A stretch of 64,000 nucleotides of DNA from an uncultured Bacteroidales bacterium (GTDB lineage: Bacteria > Bacteroidota > Bacteroidia > Bacteroidales > UBA1402): assembly GCA_964472175.1 (NCBI GenBank), contig CAYYJF010000001.1, positions 40,950 through 104,949 of the forward strand, written 5' to 3'. Positions 30,630-40,588 of this stretch are shown piece after piece. A model generated the notes under the pieces. It did no database searches. It saw nothing but the letters and a program-made list of their open reading frames with translations, and had not been told where the DNA came from. The position numbers and the translations under genes are program-made. Each line of letters starts with the position of its first letter. Within the stretch, counting starts at the first letter, position 1.

Positions 30630-30968
30630 ATGGAAACAATTACACTAAGTCAAGCGCAAGAAATGGTGGACGATTGGATCAGGGAATACGGCGTAAAGTA
30701 TTTCAACGAGTTAACCAATATGGCCATTTTAACAGAAGAAGTGGGTGAACTTGCACGGATTATTGCACGTACCTATGGCGAACAATCCTTTAAGTCAACC
30801 GATAAAGAATCTAGTATTTCGGAGGAACTGGCAGATGTGTTGTGGGTTATCCTATGTTTGGCCAATCAAACGGGGACCGATCTAACCAAGGCATTTCAGC
30901 ATACGATACAAAAGAAAACAATCAGAGACAACACCAGACATTTAAACAATAAAAAACTTACAGATTGA
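30630..30968 (+). CDS. MazG-like nucleotide pyrophosphohydrolase
   Basis: LTEEVGELA...EELADV. Confidence 0.88.
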   Translation: METITLSQAQEMVDDWIREYGVKYFNELTNMAILTEEVGELARIIARTYGEQSFKSTDKESSISEELADVLWVILCLANQTGTDLTKAFQHTIQKKTIRDNTRHLNNKKLTD

Positions 30969-31840
30969 TGGGAAAAATTGAATCAGTTTTGAAGGAGTAT
31001 CCAAAAATGGATTATCAGAACATAGAAAACGACATTCAAAAGATCATAGAAAAACGGGCTAATGGCTATAAAAATCAAAAAACCTACAGTGCACTATTCA
31101 ACTGTTTGGATTTGACCAGCCTCAATACAACAGATAACGAACAATGCATTTCTGATTTGGTTCAAAAAGTGAACCTCCTACCCGAGAAATTCCAGGAAAT
31201 GCCACAAGTCGCGGCCATTTGTATTTATCCATCTTTTATCAAGATTGTGAAAGAAGAATTGACTGAATCGATCGAAATCGCATCGGTTTCAGGCGGTTTT
31301 CCACACGCACAGACCTTCATGGAGGTTAAGGTAGCAGAAACAGCCTTATGCGTACTGGAAGGCGCCACAGAGGTTGATTGTGTGCTTTCTGTAGGGGAAC
31401 TCAAAGAAAAAAGGTACGATGAAATCGTAGAAGAACTTCAGGAAATGAAGGCCACTTGTAGAAACGCTACACTGAAAGTGATATTGGAAACAGAAGCCCT
31501 TACTTTGGATGAAATCAGAATCGCCAGCATTCTTTGTTTGGAATCCGGTGTTGACTTTATCAAAACTTCGACAGGAAAAATGAAAGTGGGAGCCACTTTA
31601 GAGGCCGCTTACGTGATGCTGCATACCATAAAGGACTATGCTGAACTTAGGGGTGAAAACAAAGGGTTTAAGGCAGCCGGTGGCATTTCAACAGCTGAAG
31701 AAGCCATCAAATACTATAGCCTGGTTGATGAGATCCTTGGAGCAGAATGGTTGAACAATCAACGATTAAGATTTGGGGCAAGTAAATTGGCAAACAGCTT
31801 GCTTTCAGAATATTATGGAAAGCAAATTAACTACTTCTAA
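30968..31840 (+). CDS. deoC: Deoxyribose-phosphate aldolase
   Basis: DLTSL, GATEVD, KVILET, FIKTSTGK, KAAGGI, RFGAS. Confidence 0.93.
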   Translation: MGKIESVLKEYPKMDYQNIENDIQKIIEKRANGYKNQKTYSALFNCLDLTSLNTTDNEQCISDLVQKVNLLPEKFQEMPQVAAICIYPSFIKIVKEELTESIEIASVSGGFPHAQTFMEVKVAETALCVLEGATEVDCVLSVGELKEKRYDEIVEELQEMKATCRNATLKVILETEALTLDEIRIASILCLESGVDFIKTSTGKMKVGATLEAAYVMLHTIKDYAELRGENKGFKAAGGISTAEEAIKYYSLVDEILGAEWLNNQRLRFGASKLANSLLSEYYGKQINYF

Positions 31841-31841
31841 C

Positions 31842-32810
31842 TTATTTACTACGATTGATGGCATATTCCAAACAACTTAAAAGCGCTTGTTTGTAAACGG
31901 AATCCTTGAAACCATTCAGGGATTCTACAGCCATCAGTTTGAAATCCATCATCCTTTTTTCGGCATAAGATATGCCGCCGTATTCCTGCACAAATAAGCT
32001 TAGTTTATTGAGATTCTCTGAAGAATATTGCTTATTTCGAATCATATTTTTGACGCTTCGCGTCTGATTATCTGGCGCATGTTCAAGGGCATAAATCAAA
32101 GGCAAAGTCATTTTTCCTTCCTTCAAATCGTTGCCTGTGGGTTTGCCGATGTCGCTCGAATCAAAATAATCAAAAATGTCGTCTTTGATTTGAAAAATCA
32201 TTCCCAAATACTCGCCAAATTTTTGTAATTGGGCTTCCTCCTCTTTTGAAGCCTCAGCTGTAATCGCGCCAGCTTGACAGCAGAATGCAAAAGTGACAGC
32301 AGTTTTCAATTTAATGACATGGAGATACGCTTGTTCATCAATGATCAACTTCTTTTCATTGGAAACCTGCATCAATTCGCCATCTGAAAGATCGCAACCA
32401 AGTTTTGAGAGCAAAAACGTAATTTCTCTCGATTTGATCTGACGCGTTAAATAAGCAGCTTTTGATAAATAATAATCCCCAACTAGAATTGCTACCCGAT
32501 TGTTCCACAGGGCATTAACTGAATACCTGGAACGACGTTCAAAGGTCTGATCAACCACATCATCGTGCATCAAACTGGCTGTATGAAGCAGCTCCAATGA
32601 TACAGCTGCTGTAATTGTATCATCATTCAAACGATCGAGCAGTGAGGCAGAAAGCAGCGTGATAATGGGTCTTAATTCTTTGCCTTTAGACAATCTAACA
32701 TATTGCAAAATCTTACCCAACAGGAAATTGTCGGTTTGTATCGCCAATTCAAAAGCCTTTTGATATGCTTTGAATTCCTTTTCAACCGGTTTGCGAATTT
32801 GATCAATCAT
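31842..32810 (-). CDS. ispB: Polyprenyl diphosphate synthase (IspB-like)
   Basis: LMHDDVVD...RR and FQIKDDIFD aspartate-rich motifs. Confidence 0.88.
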   Translation of the reverse strand: MIDQIRKPVEKEFKAYQKAFELAIQTDNFLLGKILQYVRLSKGKELRPIITLLSASLLDRLNDDTITAAVSLELLHTASLMHDDVVDQTFERRSRYSVNALWNNRVAILVGDYYLSKAAYLTRQIKSREITFLLSKLGCDLSDGELMQVSNEKKLIIDEQAYLHVIKLKTAVTFAFCCQAGAITAEASKEEEAQLQKFGEYLGMIFQIKDDIFDYFDSSDIGKPTGNDLKEGKMTLPLIYALEHAPDNQTRSVKNMIRNKQYSSENLNKLSLFVQEYGGISYAEKRMMDFKLMAVESLNGFKDSVYKQALLSCLEYAINRSK

Positions 32811-32911
32811 ACAAAAAAGTTATGCAGACAAAAGTAATAAAAAAAAAGGGGTTGCTCATTTTTTTGTACTTTTACATGGATAGACAAACCCCATTAAACC
32901 CATCAAACTGT

Positions 32912-35803
32912 ATGAGTCATTCTACCGATGAGAAATTGTATTTACTAGATGCCTACGCCCTTATTTACAGAGCTTATTATGCATTTATGAAAAGCCCTCG
33001 AATGAATTCAAAGGGCGAAAACACATCGGCAGTATTTGGATTTTTAAACACGTTGGAAGACTTGATCAGGAAACATAATCCCAGTCACCTTGCTGTGGTA
33101 TTTGATCCACAGGGGCCAACTTTCAGACATTTGGCTTATGAACCTTACAAAGCGCAAAGAGAAAAAACACCTGAGGTCATTTCCTGGTCGGTTCCATGGA
33201 TTAAAAAATTACTACAGGCATATCAAATTCCAATATTGGTGGTAGATGGATTTGAAGCAGATGATGTTCTTGGAACCATCGCAACTTTGGCTTCAAAAGA
33301 GTCCTTGACAACTTACATTGTTTCACCCGATAAAGATTTGGGGCAAGTCATTGATTCACATATCTTTCAATTCAAACCAAAATTTGGATCAAACGAATTT
33401 GAGGTCTTTGGGCCAAAAGAAGTCACTGAGAAATATGGTTTGAAAAGCCCGCTTCAGATGATTGACTACCTTGGATTGGTGGGCGATTCTTCTGACAACA
33501 TTCCCGGATGCCCTGGGGTTGGTGCTGTCACTGCAAAAAAATTACTGGATCAATTTGACAACATAGAAACTTTGCTGGAAAACACCGATCAACTGAGCGG
33601 TTCTGTTAAAACGAAAGTTGAAAACAACAAAGATTTGCTCGTCATGTCGAAATTCCTTGCGACCATTCGACTAGATGTTCCCATTGCTTTTGATAAAGAA
33701 TCGCTGAAAAGAATTGAACCCAACGAATCAGAATTGATGGAGCTCTACCAAAGGTTGGAATTGAGAGGACATCTTCAAAAAATAATTTCGAAGAATAGCG
33801 AAAAAGAAAACAGTCAAAAAGAACAAGAAAAAAAAAATCATAAAAAAACCAGCATCGCAAATAATGGACAAACCAGCATTTGGGATGTTGAAGATACCAC
33901 CATTGTTGTTCCGCAAAAAATAGAGGATCCCAATGCCTTTGAGAATCCAACTTTCCCGACCGATGGACAGGATGCTTCAGAATTTTCAAATCTCAGGGAC
34001 ATTCATTCAGTGGATCACAAGTACTATCTTATTGAATCTGAGGATGAATTCAATGATTTTTATGGTCAGATTTTGGATCAGAAAATTTTTGCATTTGACA
34101 CAGAAACCAATCACATTGAAGCCATTCATGCAGATTTGGTCGGAATTTCATTTTGCTGGGAAAATCAGAAGGCATTTTACCTCCAAATTTTTAACAATCC
34201 AAACAAAGCAAATTTTTTGTCTAAAATAAAAACTTTGCTTGAAAATCCGCTCACCACAAAAATTGGACAAAATCTCAAGTATGACATGATGGTGCTTCGA
34301 CATTTGGGCATTCAGGTAAAGGGTCCCCTTTTCGATACCATGGTGGCGCATTACTTGATTCAACCCGAACTGCGCCACAATATGGATTTCTTGGCTGAAG
34401 TCTATTTGAAATACAAACCGGTTTCCATCGAATCGATTCTTGGCAGCAAAGGAAAGAATCAAAAAAACATGCAAGATTTAACTGCCGCTCAAATTTATGA
34501 ATATGCAGCTGAAGATGCGGACATCACCTGGCAATTAAAAACGGTCATTGAAAAAGAGTTGGTAGATCAAAAACTGGATGATTTATTCCATCAGGTTGAA
34601 ATGCCACTGGTTCATGTTCTCTTAGAAATGGAATACGCCGGGGTTGGTCTAGATTTGGATTCACTCAAGCAATCCTCGCTCATATTGAATCGTTCATTGC
34701 AATTGTTGGAACAAAATATTCAAGCAGAGTCTGGGATAAATTTCAATGTAAACTCTCCAAAACAAATTGGAGAAGTCCTGTTTGACCATTTAAAAATTGA
34801 TCAAAAGGCGAAAAAAACCAAAACAGGTCAATATGTAACCAGCGAAGATGTTCTGGAAAAACTGAAATCCAAACATGTGGTGGTTGATTTGATTTTGCAG
34901 CAAAGGGGGTTAAAAAAATTGCTGTCAACGTACATTGATGCCCTGCCCGCTTTGATTCATCCCGTTACAAATAAAATTCATACCTCTTTCAATCAGACCG
35001 TTACATCTACAGGAAGATTGAGCTCCAGCAATCCCAACCTACAGAACATTCCCATTCGCGAAGAACTGGGCAGGGAAATCAGAAAAGCATTTACAGCCGA
35101 TGAAGGGACTGTATTTTTGTCTGCAGACTATTCTCAAATTGAATTGAGAATCATGGCCCATTTGAGTCAGGACCAAACCATGATCGAAGCCTTTAAAATG
35201 AATGCAGACATACACGCCATTACTGCATCAAAAATCTATAAAATTCCCTTGGAGGAGGTCACTTCTGACATGCGAAGAAAAGCCAAAACGGCAAACTTTG
35301 GCATCATTTACGGCATCTCAACTTTCGGTTTGGCAGAAAGAATGAACGTTTCAAGAACAGAAGCCAAAGAATTGATTGATGGTTACTTTCAGACCTATCC
35401 AAATGTGAAAAAATATATGGAACAGTGCATTGAAGTGGCCAAAGAAAAAGGCTGGGTAGAAACCCTGTTCCATAGAAAAAGATATTTACAGGACATCTAT
35501 TCTCAAAATGCCAATGTTCGCAGTTATGCCGAACGAAATGCGATCAACGCACCCATTCAGGGAACAGCAGCAGACATCATTAAAAAAGCGATGATTGACA
35601 TCCAAAAAGAAATCGAAGCAGAATCGTTGTCAACAAAAATGATCCTTCAGGTGCACGATGAATTGAATTTCATTGTCCCTGTCGACGAATTGGTAAAGGT
35701 TAAGGAACTGGTTATTAGGAATATGGAAAATGCAGTGAAACTCGATGTCCCTCTGAAAGTAGATTTGGACTACGGCAAAAACTGGTTGGAAGCACATTCG
35801 TAG
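32912..35803 (+). CDS. polA: DNA polymerase I
   Basis: 5'-3' exonuclease (LLDAYALIYRAYY), 3'-5' exonuclease (FDTET), polymerase motifs (DYSQIELR, KTANFGIIYG, QVHDEL); start chosen at ATG 32912. Confidence 0.96.
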   Translation: MSHSTDEKLYLLDAYALIYRAYYAFMKSPRMNSKGENTSAVFGFLNTLEDLIRKHNPSHLAVVFDPQGPTFRHLAYEPYKAQREKTPEVISWSVPWIKKLLQAYQIPILVVDGFEADDVLGTIATLASKESLTTYIVSPDKDLGQVIDSHIFQFKPKFGSNEFEVFGPKEVTEKYGLKSPLQMIDYLGLVGDSSDNIPGCPGVGAVTAKKLLDQFDNIETLLENTDQLSGSVKTKVENNKDLLVMSKFLATIRLDVPIAFDKESLKRIEPNESELMELYQRLELRGHLQKIISKNSEKENSQKEQEKKNHKKTSIANNGQTSIWDVEDTTIVVPQKIEDPNAFENPTFPTDGQDASEFSNLRDIHSVDHKYYLIESEDEFNDFYGQILDQKIFAFDTETNHIEAIHADLVGISFCWENQKAFYLQIFNNPNKANFLSKIKTLLENPLTTKIGQNLKYDMMVLRHLGIQVKGPLFDTMVAHYLIQPELRHNMDFLAEVYLKYKPVSIESILGSKGKNQKNMQDLTAAQIYEYAAEDADITWQLKTVIEKELVDQKLDDLFHQVEMPLVHVLLEMEYAGVGLDLDSLKQSSLILNRSLQLLEQNIQAESGINFNVNSPKQIGEVLFDHLKIDQKAKKTKTGQYVTSEDVLEKLKSKHVVVDLILQQRGLKKLLSTYIDALPALIHPVTNKIHTSFNQTVTSTGRLSSSNPNLQNIPIREELGREIRKAFTADEGTVFLSADYSQIELRIMAHLSQDQTMIEAFKMNADIHAITASKIYKIPLEEVTSDMRRKAKTANFGIIYGISTFGLAERMNVSRTEAKELIDGYFQTYPNVKKYMEQCIEVAKEKGWVETLFHRKRYLQDIYSQNANVRSYAERNAINAPIQGTAADIIKKAMIDIQKEIEAESLSTKMILQVHDELNFIVPVDELVKVKELVIRNMENAVKLDVPLKVDLDYGKNWLEAHS

Positions 35804-35820
35804 AATCGACTACTTTTTTG

Positions 35821-35828
35821 TACTTTTG
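35821..35828 (+). promoter_or_regulatory. -7 promoter element (TACTTTTG) of ychF
   Basis: Exact TAnnTTTG 26 nt upstream of ATG. Confidence 0.65.
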
Positions 35829-35854
35829 CGGCTTCAAATCCTATTTAACAATAC

Positions 35855-36958
35855 ATGGCTTTACAATGTGGTATCGTCGGACTTCCAAATGTAGGAAAGT
35901 CCACCCTTTTCAATTGTCTTTCAAACGCAAAAGCTCAAGCAGCAAATTTCCCTTTTTGCACGATCGAACCCAATGTTGGTGTCATCACCGTTCCTGATGA
36001 AAGATTATCGGAATTGGCCAAACTGGTCAATCCTGAACGAATTGTGCCAACGACGGTGGAAATCGTGGATATCGCCGGTTTGGTGAAAGGTGCCAGCAAA
36101 GGAGAAGGTTTGGGGAACAAATTTTTGGCAAATATCCGTGAAACGGATGCAATACTGCATGTATTGAGGTGTTTTGAAGACGAAAATGTTACCCATGTCG
36201 ATGGATCGGTCAACCCGGTTAGGGATAAGGAAATCATCGATTATGAATTGCAGTTGAAAGATCTGGAAACCCTGGAAAGTAGAATTCAGCGCGTTCAAAA
36301 AATGGCCCAAACGGGTGGTGACAAACAAGCCAAACAGCAATATGAGGTTTATAGTGCCATCAAAGCGGCTTTGGATAAAGGTCAGTCTGCCCGTACGGTG
36401 ACTTTTCAAAATAAAGATGAAGAAAAGATTGCTCGTGAATTGTTCTTATTGACCAGCAAACCCGTGTTGTATATCTGCAACGTCGATGAAGCATCCGCGG
36501 TCAATGGCAATAAATATGTTGACATGGTCAGAGAATCCATACATGGTGAACAGGCCGATATTTTGATTGTCGCCGCAAAAATTGAATCTGAAATTGCAGA
36601 ATTTGAAACGTTCGAAGAAAGAGAACTCTTTCTGAATGAAATTGGGTTGCATGAATCCGGCGTAAACCGCTTGATTAAAGCCGCTTACCAATTGTTGAAT
36701 TTAAGTACCTATTTTACGGTAGGTGTCAAAGAAGTTCGCGCCTGGACATACATTACAGGAAGCAAAGCACCTGTATGCGCAGGGGTCATTCACACCGATT
36801 TTGAAAAAGGATTCATCCGCGCTGAAGTCATCAAATACGATGATTACATCCGTTTGGGATCTGAAAATGCGGTCAAAGAAGCAGGAAAAATGTCGGTTGA
36901 AGGGAAAGAATACATTGTTCAGGATGGTGACATCATGCACTTTAGATTCAACGTTTAG
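35855..36958 (+). CDS. ychF: Redox-regulated ATPase YchF
   Basis: GLPNVGKST, FPFCTIEPN, DIAGLV, HTDFEKGFIRAE. Confidence 0.97.
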   Translation: MALQCGIVGLPNVGKSTLFNCLSNAKAQAANFPFCTIEPNVGVITVPDERLSELAKLVNPERIVPTTVEIVDIAGLVKGASKGEGLGNKFLANIRETDAILHVLRCFEDENVTHVDGSVNPVRDKEIIDYELQLKDLETLESRIQRVQKMAQTGGDKQAKQQYEVYSAIKAALDKGQSARTVTFQNKDEEKIARELFLLTSKPVLYICNVDEASAVNGNKYVDMVRESIHGEQADILIVAAKIESEIAEFETFEERELFLNEIGLHESGVNRLIKAAYQLLNLSTYFTVGVKEVRAWTYITGSKAPVCAGVIHTDFEKGFIRAEVIKYDDYIRLGSENAVKEAGKMSVEGKEYIVQDGDIMHFRFNV

Positions 36959-36960
36959 GC

Positions 36961-39582
36961 CTATTTCCCTTTCAAAATCTTTTTAATTTCACTCAATTTA
37001 TTCAGCGCTTCGATGGGCGTCAAATGATCGATGTCTACACGGATGATTTCGTCTCTGATTTGAGACAAAATGGGGTCATCCAACTGGAAAAAACTCAGTT
37101 GCATTCCATCCCTTTCCTGCGCAATTTCGGTGGTGGGTTTGTGGAGTGACCCTTTTCTGTTTTCATTTTCCATCTGATCCAGAATGTGGTTGGCGCGCTT
37201 CAAAATACTTTGAGGCATCCCTGCCATTTTGGCCACGTGTATGCCAAAGCTATGCTCTGTACCACCACGTACCAACTTTCTTAAAAACAAGACTTTATCT
37301 TCACTTTCCCGAACAGAAATGTGATAATTACGTATGCGTGAAAACGATTTTTCCATTTCATTCAATTCATGATAATGGGTTGCAAAAAGCGTTTTGGCTT
37401 TAAATTTCGGATGTTCGTGGATGTATTCAACGATAGACCATGCAATGGAAATGCCGTCATAGGTGGAGGTACCCCTGCCCAATTCATCAAACAAAACCAA
37501 ACTTCTTTGGGATAAATTGTTGATGATGTTTGACGCTTCATTCATTTCCATCATAAAAGTGGATTCACCTGAAGAGATGTTGTCGGAAGCTCCTACCCGG
37601 GTAAATACCTTATCTACAAGTCCTATTCTCGCAGCTTCTACCGGAACAAAGCAACCCATTTGGGCCATCAGTACAATAATGGCTGTTTGCCTTAAAAAGG
37701 CAGATTTCCCTGCCATATTCGGGCCGGTAATCATTAGAATTTGTTCCGTTGTTCCGTCCATATACACACTGTTGGGAACATATACACCATTTTCTGGCAA
37801 TTGCGTTTCAATGACAGGATGCCGGCCATTCACAATATCCAACACATCACTGTCTTCGATTTGAGGACGAACATATTTGTTGTGCATCGAAACCAAAGAA
37901 AAAGCAAGCAAACAATCCAATTGTGCAATGATGGATGCATTTTTTAGAATGAAAGCAATGTATTGAAGGGTTTCAACCATTAATTCATTGTAGATTCTGG
38001 ATTCTATGGCTTGAATCTTTTCTTCAGCACCTAAAATCTTTTCTTCATAATCCTTGAGTTCCTGCGTAATATAACGCTCCGCATTGACAAGGGTTTGTTT
38101 TCTGATCCAATCTTCGGGAACCTTGTCTTTTTGGGAGTTTCTTACCTCAATATAATATCCAAAAACATTGTTAAAACTGATTCTCAGACTGCTGATACCT
38201 GTTCGCAACACTTCTCTTTCCTGAATTTTCAAGAGAAAGTCCTTTCCTGAGTTGGATAATTTGCGCAATTCATCCAACTCCAAATCAACACCTTCTTTGA
38301 CAACTGTTCCTTTATTCAGCGCAATGGGTGGATTTTCAACAATGGTTGCTCCAATTTTATCCATGATGATTTTACATGGATTCAATTGATGAACAAGCTG
38401 TAAAAAGGAGTCGGGAATGTCTTCTTTGATGCTTTGAGCTTCCTGGATGATATTATCAATGGATTGAAATGAGCGGCACAATTCGACCATTTCTCTTGGA
38501 TTCACTCTCCCAACCGATATTTTGGAAGCAATTCTTTCAATGTCACTGATGGAAGCTATTTTTTCACACAAGAACCGGTTGAAATCTGTGGTTTGAATCA
38601 AAAAATCAACCACATCTTGTCTGTTTTGTATGTCCTGAATGTCCTTTAATGGGAATAAAATCCAACGCCGCATCAATCTGGCACCCATCGAAGACTTGGT
38701 TTTATCCAAAATATTCAATAAGCTTTTTCCGCCCTCATTGATTGGATTGCAAAGTTCCAGACTTCGAATGGTAAAACGATCCAATCGAACAAACTTTTCT
38801 TCTTCAATTCTTGAAATCGACTGAATATGACTTAGTTGCTTGTGTTCAGTCATATCCATATAATACAAAATAGCACCGGATGCAAAAATAGCAAGGGGCA
38901 TATCCTGAATTCCAAAACCTTTTAAATTGACCGTGTTGAAATGTTTTGTCAGCCTCATTTGCGCTGTTTCCGCTGAAAAAACCCAATCTTCCATTTCAAA
39001 TTGGGCAGCATGAAAGGAAAATTGTTCTTTTAAAACCGATTTTTTGCTTCTTTCATAGATAATTTCTTTCGGAGCAAACAGATTCAATAGTTTATCGATG
39101 GTGTTTAAATCGCCTTCTGAAGTCAAAAATTCGCCCGTTGACAAATCTAAAAAGGCAACACCTGCCCTGTTTTTTTCAATATGCAAACCAGCCAAAAAAT
39201 TATTCTCTTTGGTATCCAAAATCTGATCATTGGTAGAAACACCGGGAGTAACCAATTCGGTGATGCCACGCTTCACCAGTTTTTTGGTCATTTTCGGATC
39301 TTCCAATTGATCACAAATGGCAACTCTTCTACCCGCCCGCACCAGTTTGTATAAATAGTTATCCATGGCATGATGTGGAAAACCAGCCATTTCTATGGGA
39401 CCTGCAGCACCGTTTGATTTTCTGGTTAAGGTGATGTTTAATATATCGACTACATCTAGAGCATCCTTTCCATAGGCTTCATAAAAGTCTCCTACTCTGA
39501 AAAGCAGCAACGCATCGGGATGTTTGCTTTTCATTTCAAAATATTGTTTGATCAGCGGTGTATTTTCAGCAGTTTTATTCAA
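36961..39582 (-). CDS. mutS: DNA mismatch repair protein MutS
   Basis: [35 protein letters not shown]-terminal QLSFF; start reassigned to TTG 39582 because the ORF-track TTG (39609) lies inside a -7 promoter box. Confidence 0.95.
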   Translation of the reverse strand: MNKTAENTPLIKQYFEMKSKHPDALLLFRVGDFYEAYGKDALDVVDILNITLTRKSNGAAGPIEMAGFPHHAMDNYLYKLVRAGRRVAICDQLEDPKMTKKLVKRGITELVTPGVSTNDQILDTKENNFLAGLHIEKNRAGVAFLDLSTGEFLTSEGDLNTIDKLLNLFAPKEIIYERSKKSVLKEQFSFHAAQFEMEDWVFSAETAQMRLTKHFNTVNLKGFGIQDMPLAIFASGAILYYMDMTEHKQLSHIQSISRIEEEKFVRLDRFTIRSLELCNPINEGGKSLLNILDKTKSSMGARLMRRWILFPLKDIQDIQNRQDVVDFLIQTTDFNRFLCEKIASISDIERIASKISVGRVNPREMVELCRSFQSIDNIIQEAQSIKEDIPDSFLQLVHQLNPCKIIMDKIGATIVENPPIALNKGTVVKEGVDLELDELRKLSNSGKDFLLKIQEREVLRTGISSLRISFNNVFGYYIEVRNSQKDKVPEDWIRKQTLVNAERYITQELKDYEEKILGAEEKIQAIESRIYNELMVETLQYIAFILKNASIIAQLDCLLAFSLVSMHNKYVRPQIEDSDVLDIVNGRHPVIETQLPENGVYVPNSVYMDGTTEQILMITGPNMAGKSAFLRQTAIIVLMAQMGCFVPVEAARIGLVDKVFTRVGASDNISSGESTFMMEMNEASNIINNLSQRSLVLFDELGRGTSTYDGISIAWSIVEYIHEHPKFKAKTLFATHYHELNEMEKSFSRIRNYHISVRESEDKVLFLRKLVRGGTEHSFGIHVAKMAGMPQSILKRANHILDQMENENRKGSLHKPTTEIAQERDGMQLSFFQLDDPILSQIRDEIIRVDIDHLTPIEALNKLSEIKKILKGK

Positions 39583-39606
39583 GGAGTCTATTTTTAATTG
39601 ATACGG

Positions 39607-39614
39607 CAAATATA
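39607..39614 (-). promoter_or_regulatory. -7 promoter element (TATATTTG) of mutS
   Basis: Exact TAnnTTTG on - strand 24 nt upstream of the TTG start. Confidence 0.65.
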
Positions 39615-39991
39615 AAAAAAGGATGTTGAAAACCTGTTGGTAAATGTTGATAAGTCCGAATGATTGTGTTGAGAAAAATAAACAACTTCAAAGGATGTGA
39701 AAAGTATCCCAGGATACGAACAAGCATCCATAGAGTTATCAACAGAACCGTTTGTAAAAAACCATCAACAACATCTATTTCAACAGTCAACTAAAAAAAT
39801 GAATATCGTTATATAAATGAACGAAATAGAAAGTTTGATGATTGTTGAAAACTTGTTTACAAACTAAAAAAAATATTCATAACTCAACTTCCTTGATTTT
39901 TTTCAATTAAAGTATCAACACTATCAACTGTCTATTATTATCCTTAAATTCTTTTATTTAATAATCTAATGAATAATAATAGGATGTTTGT
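39610..39991. other. Candidate chromosomal replication origin (oriC)
   Basis: About 380-bp very AT-rich intergenic region with about 10 TT(A/T)TCAACA-like 9-mers, an AT-rich CTA/TTA repeat segment, a strand-bias switch across it, and parS nearby. Confidence 0.8.
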
Positions 39992-40522
39992 TTATTTGTT
40001 GAGTTCATTATAAAAACTCCAGATAACAATTCCGGCTGCGACCGATACATTCAATGAATGTTTGGTACCAAATTGTGGAATTTCAATGCAAGAGTCGCAT
40101 AAATCAACCACAGATTGCTGTACACCATGCACTTCATTTCCCAAAATAATGGCATATTTTTTTTGAGTATCCAAGTCTAATTTTTCAAGTGAAATGCTGT
40201 TTTGAGCTTGTTCAATGGCGCATACCACATAACCCTCCTGTTTTAAATTTTCTACCACCTTCAAACAATCTGTATGGTATTCCCAATCAACACTAAATTC
40301 AGATCCCAATGCGGTTTTATGGATTTCAGGATTGGGTGGTGTAGAAGAAATACCGCATAACACAATTTTTTCAATCAGGAATGCGTCTGCAGTTCTAAAT
40401 ATGGAACCAATATTGTGCATGCTTCTGATATTGTCTAAAACAATGGTCAAAGCAGTTTTTTCACTATTTTTAAAGGCTTCTGTGGAAAGTCTTTGCATTT
40501 CCAATATACTTCGTTTTTTCAT
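39992..40522 (-). CDS. SpoU/TrmH family RNA methyltransferase
   Basis: VLDNIRSMHNIGSIFRTADAF, LGNEVHG, IPQFGTKHSLNVSVAAG. Confidence 0.92.
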   Translation of the reverse strand: MKKRSILEMQRLSTEAFKNSEKTALTIVLDNIRSMHNIGSIFRTADAFLIEKIVLCGISSTPPNPEIHKTALGSEFSVDWEYHTDCLKVVENLKQEGYVVCAIEQAQNSISLEKLDLDTQKKYAIILGNEVHGVQQSVVDLCDSCIEIPQFGTKHSLNVSVAAGIVIWSFYNELNK

Positions 40523-40588
40523 CTCTCGGATTTTAGGCGTAAAATTAGGAAGAAATGCCTAATTTTGTGTTTTACAATACAATTGAAT

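Noticed and set aside
33828-33837. A10 homopolymer in the polA linker as a phase-variation tract
   Set aside because: In frame, encodes Lys/Glu-rich linker in an essential gene; poly-A runs are common in this AT-rich genome
39583-39609. ORF-track N-terminal extension of mutS; similar extensions of purN, polA, nadA, ftsX, spmAB and pdxB
   Set aside because: The extensions run through promoter boxes or intergenic DNA and lack homology-like sequence; downstream starts chosen
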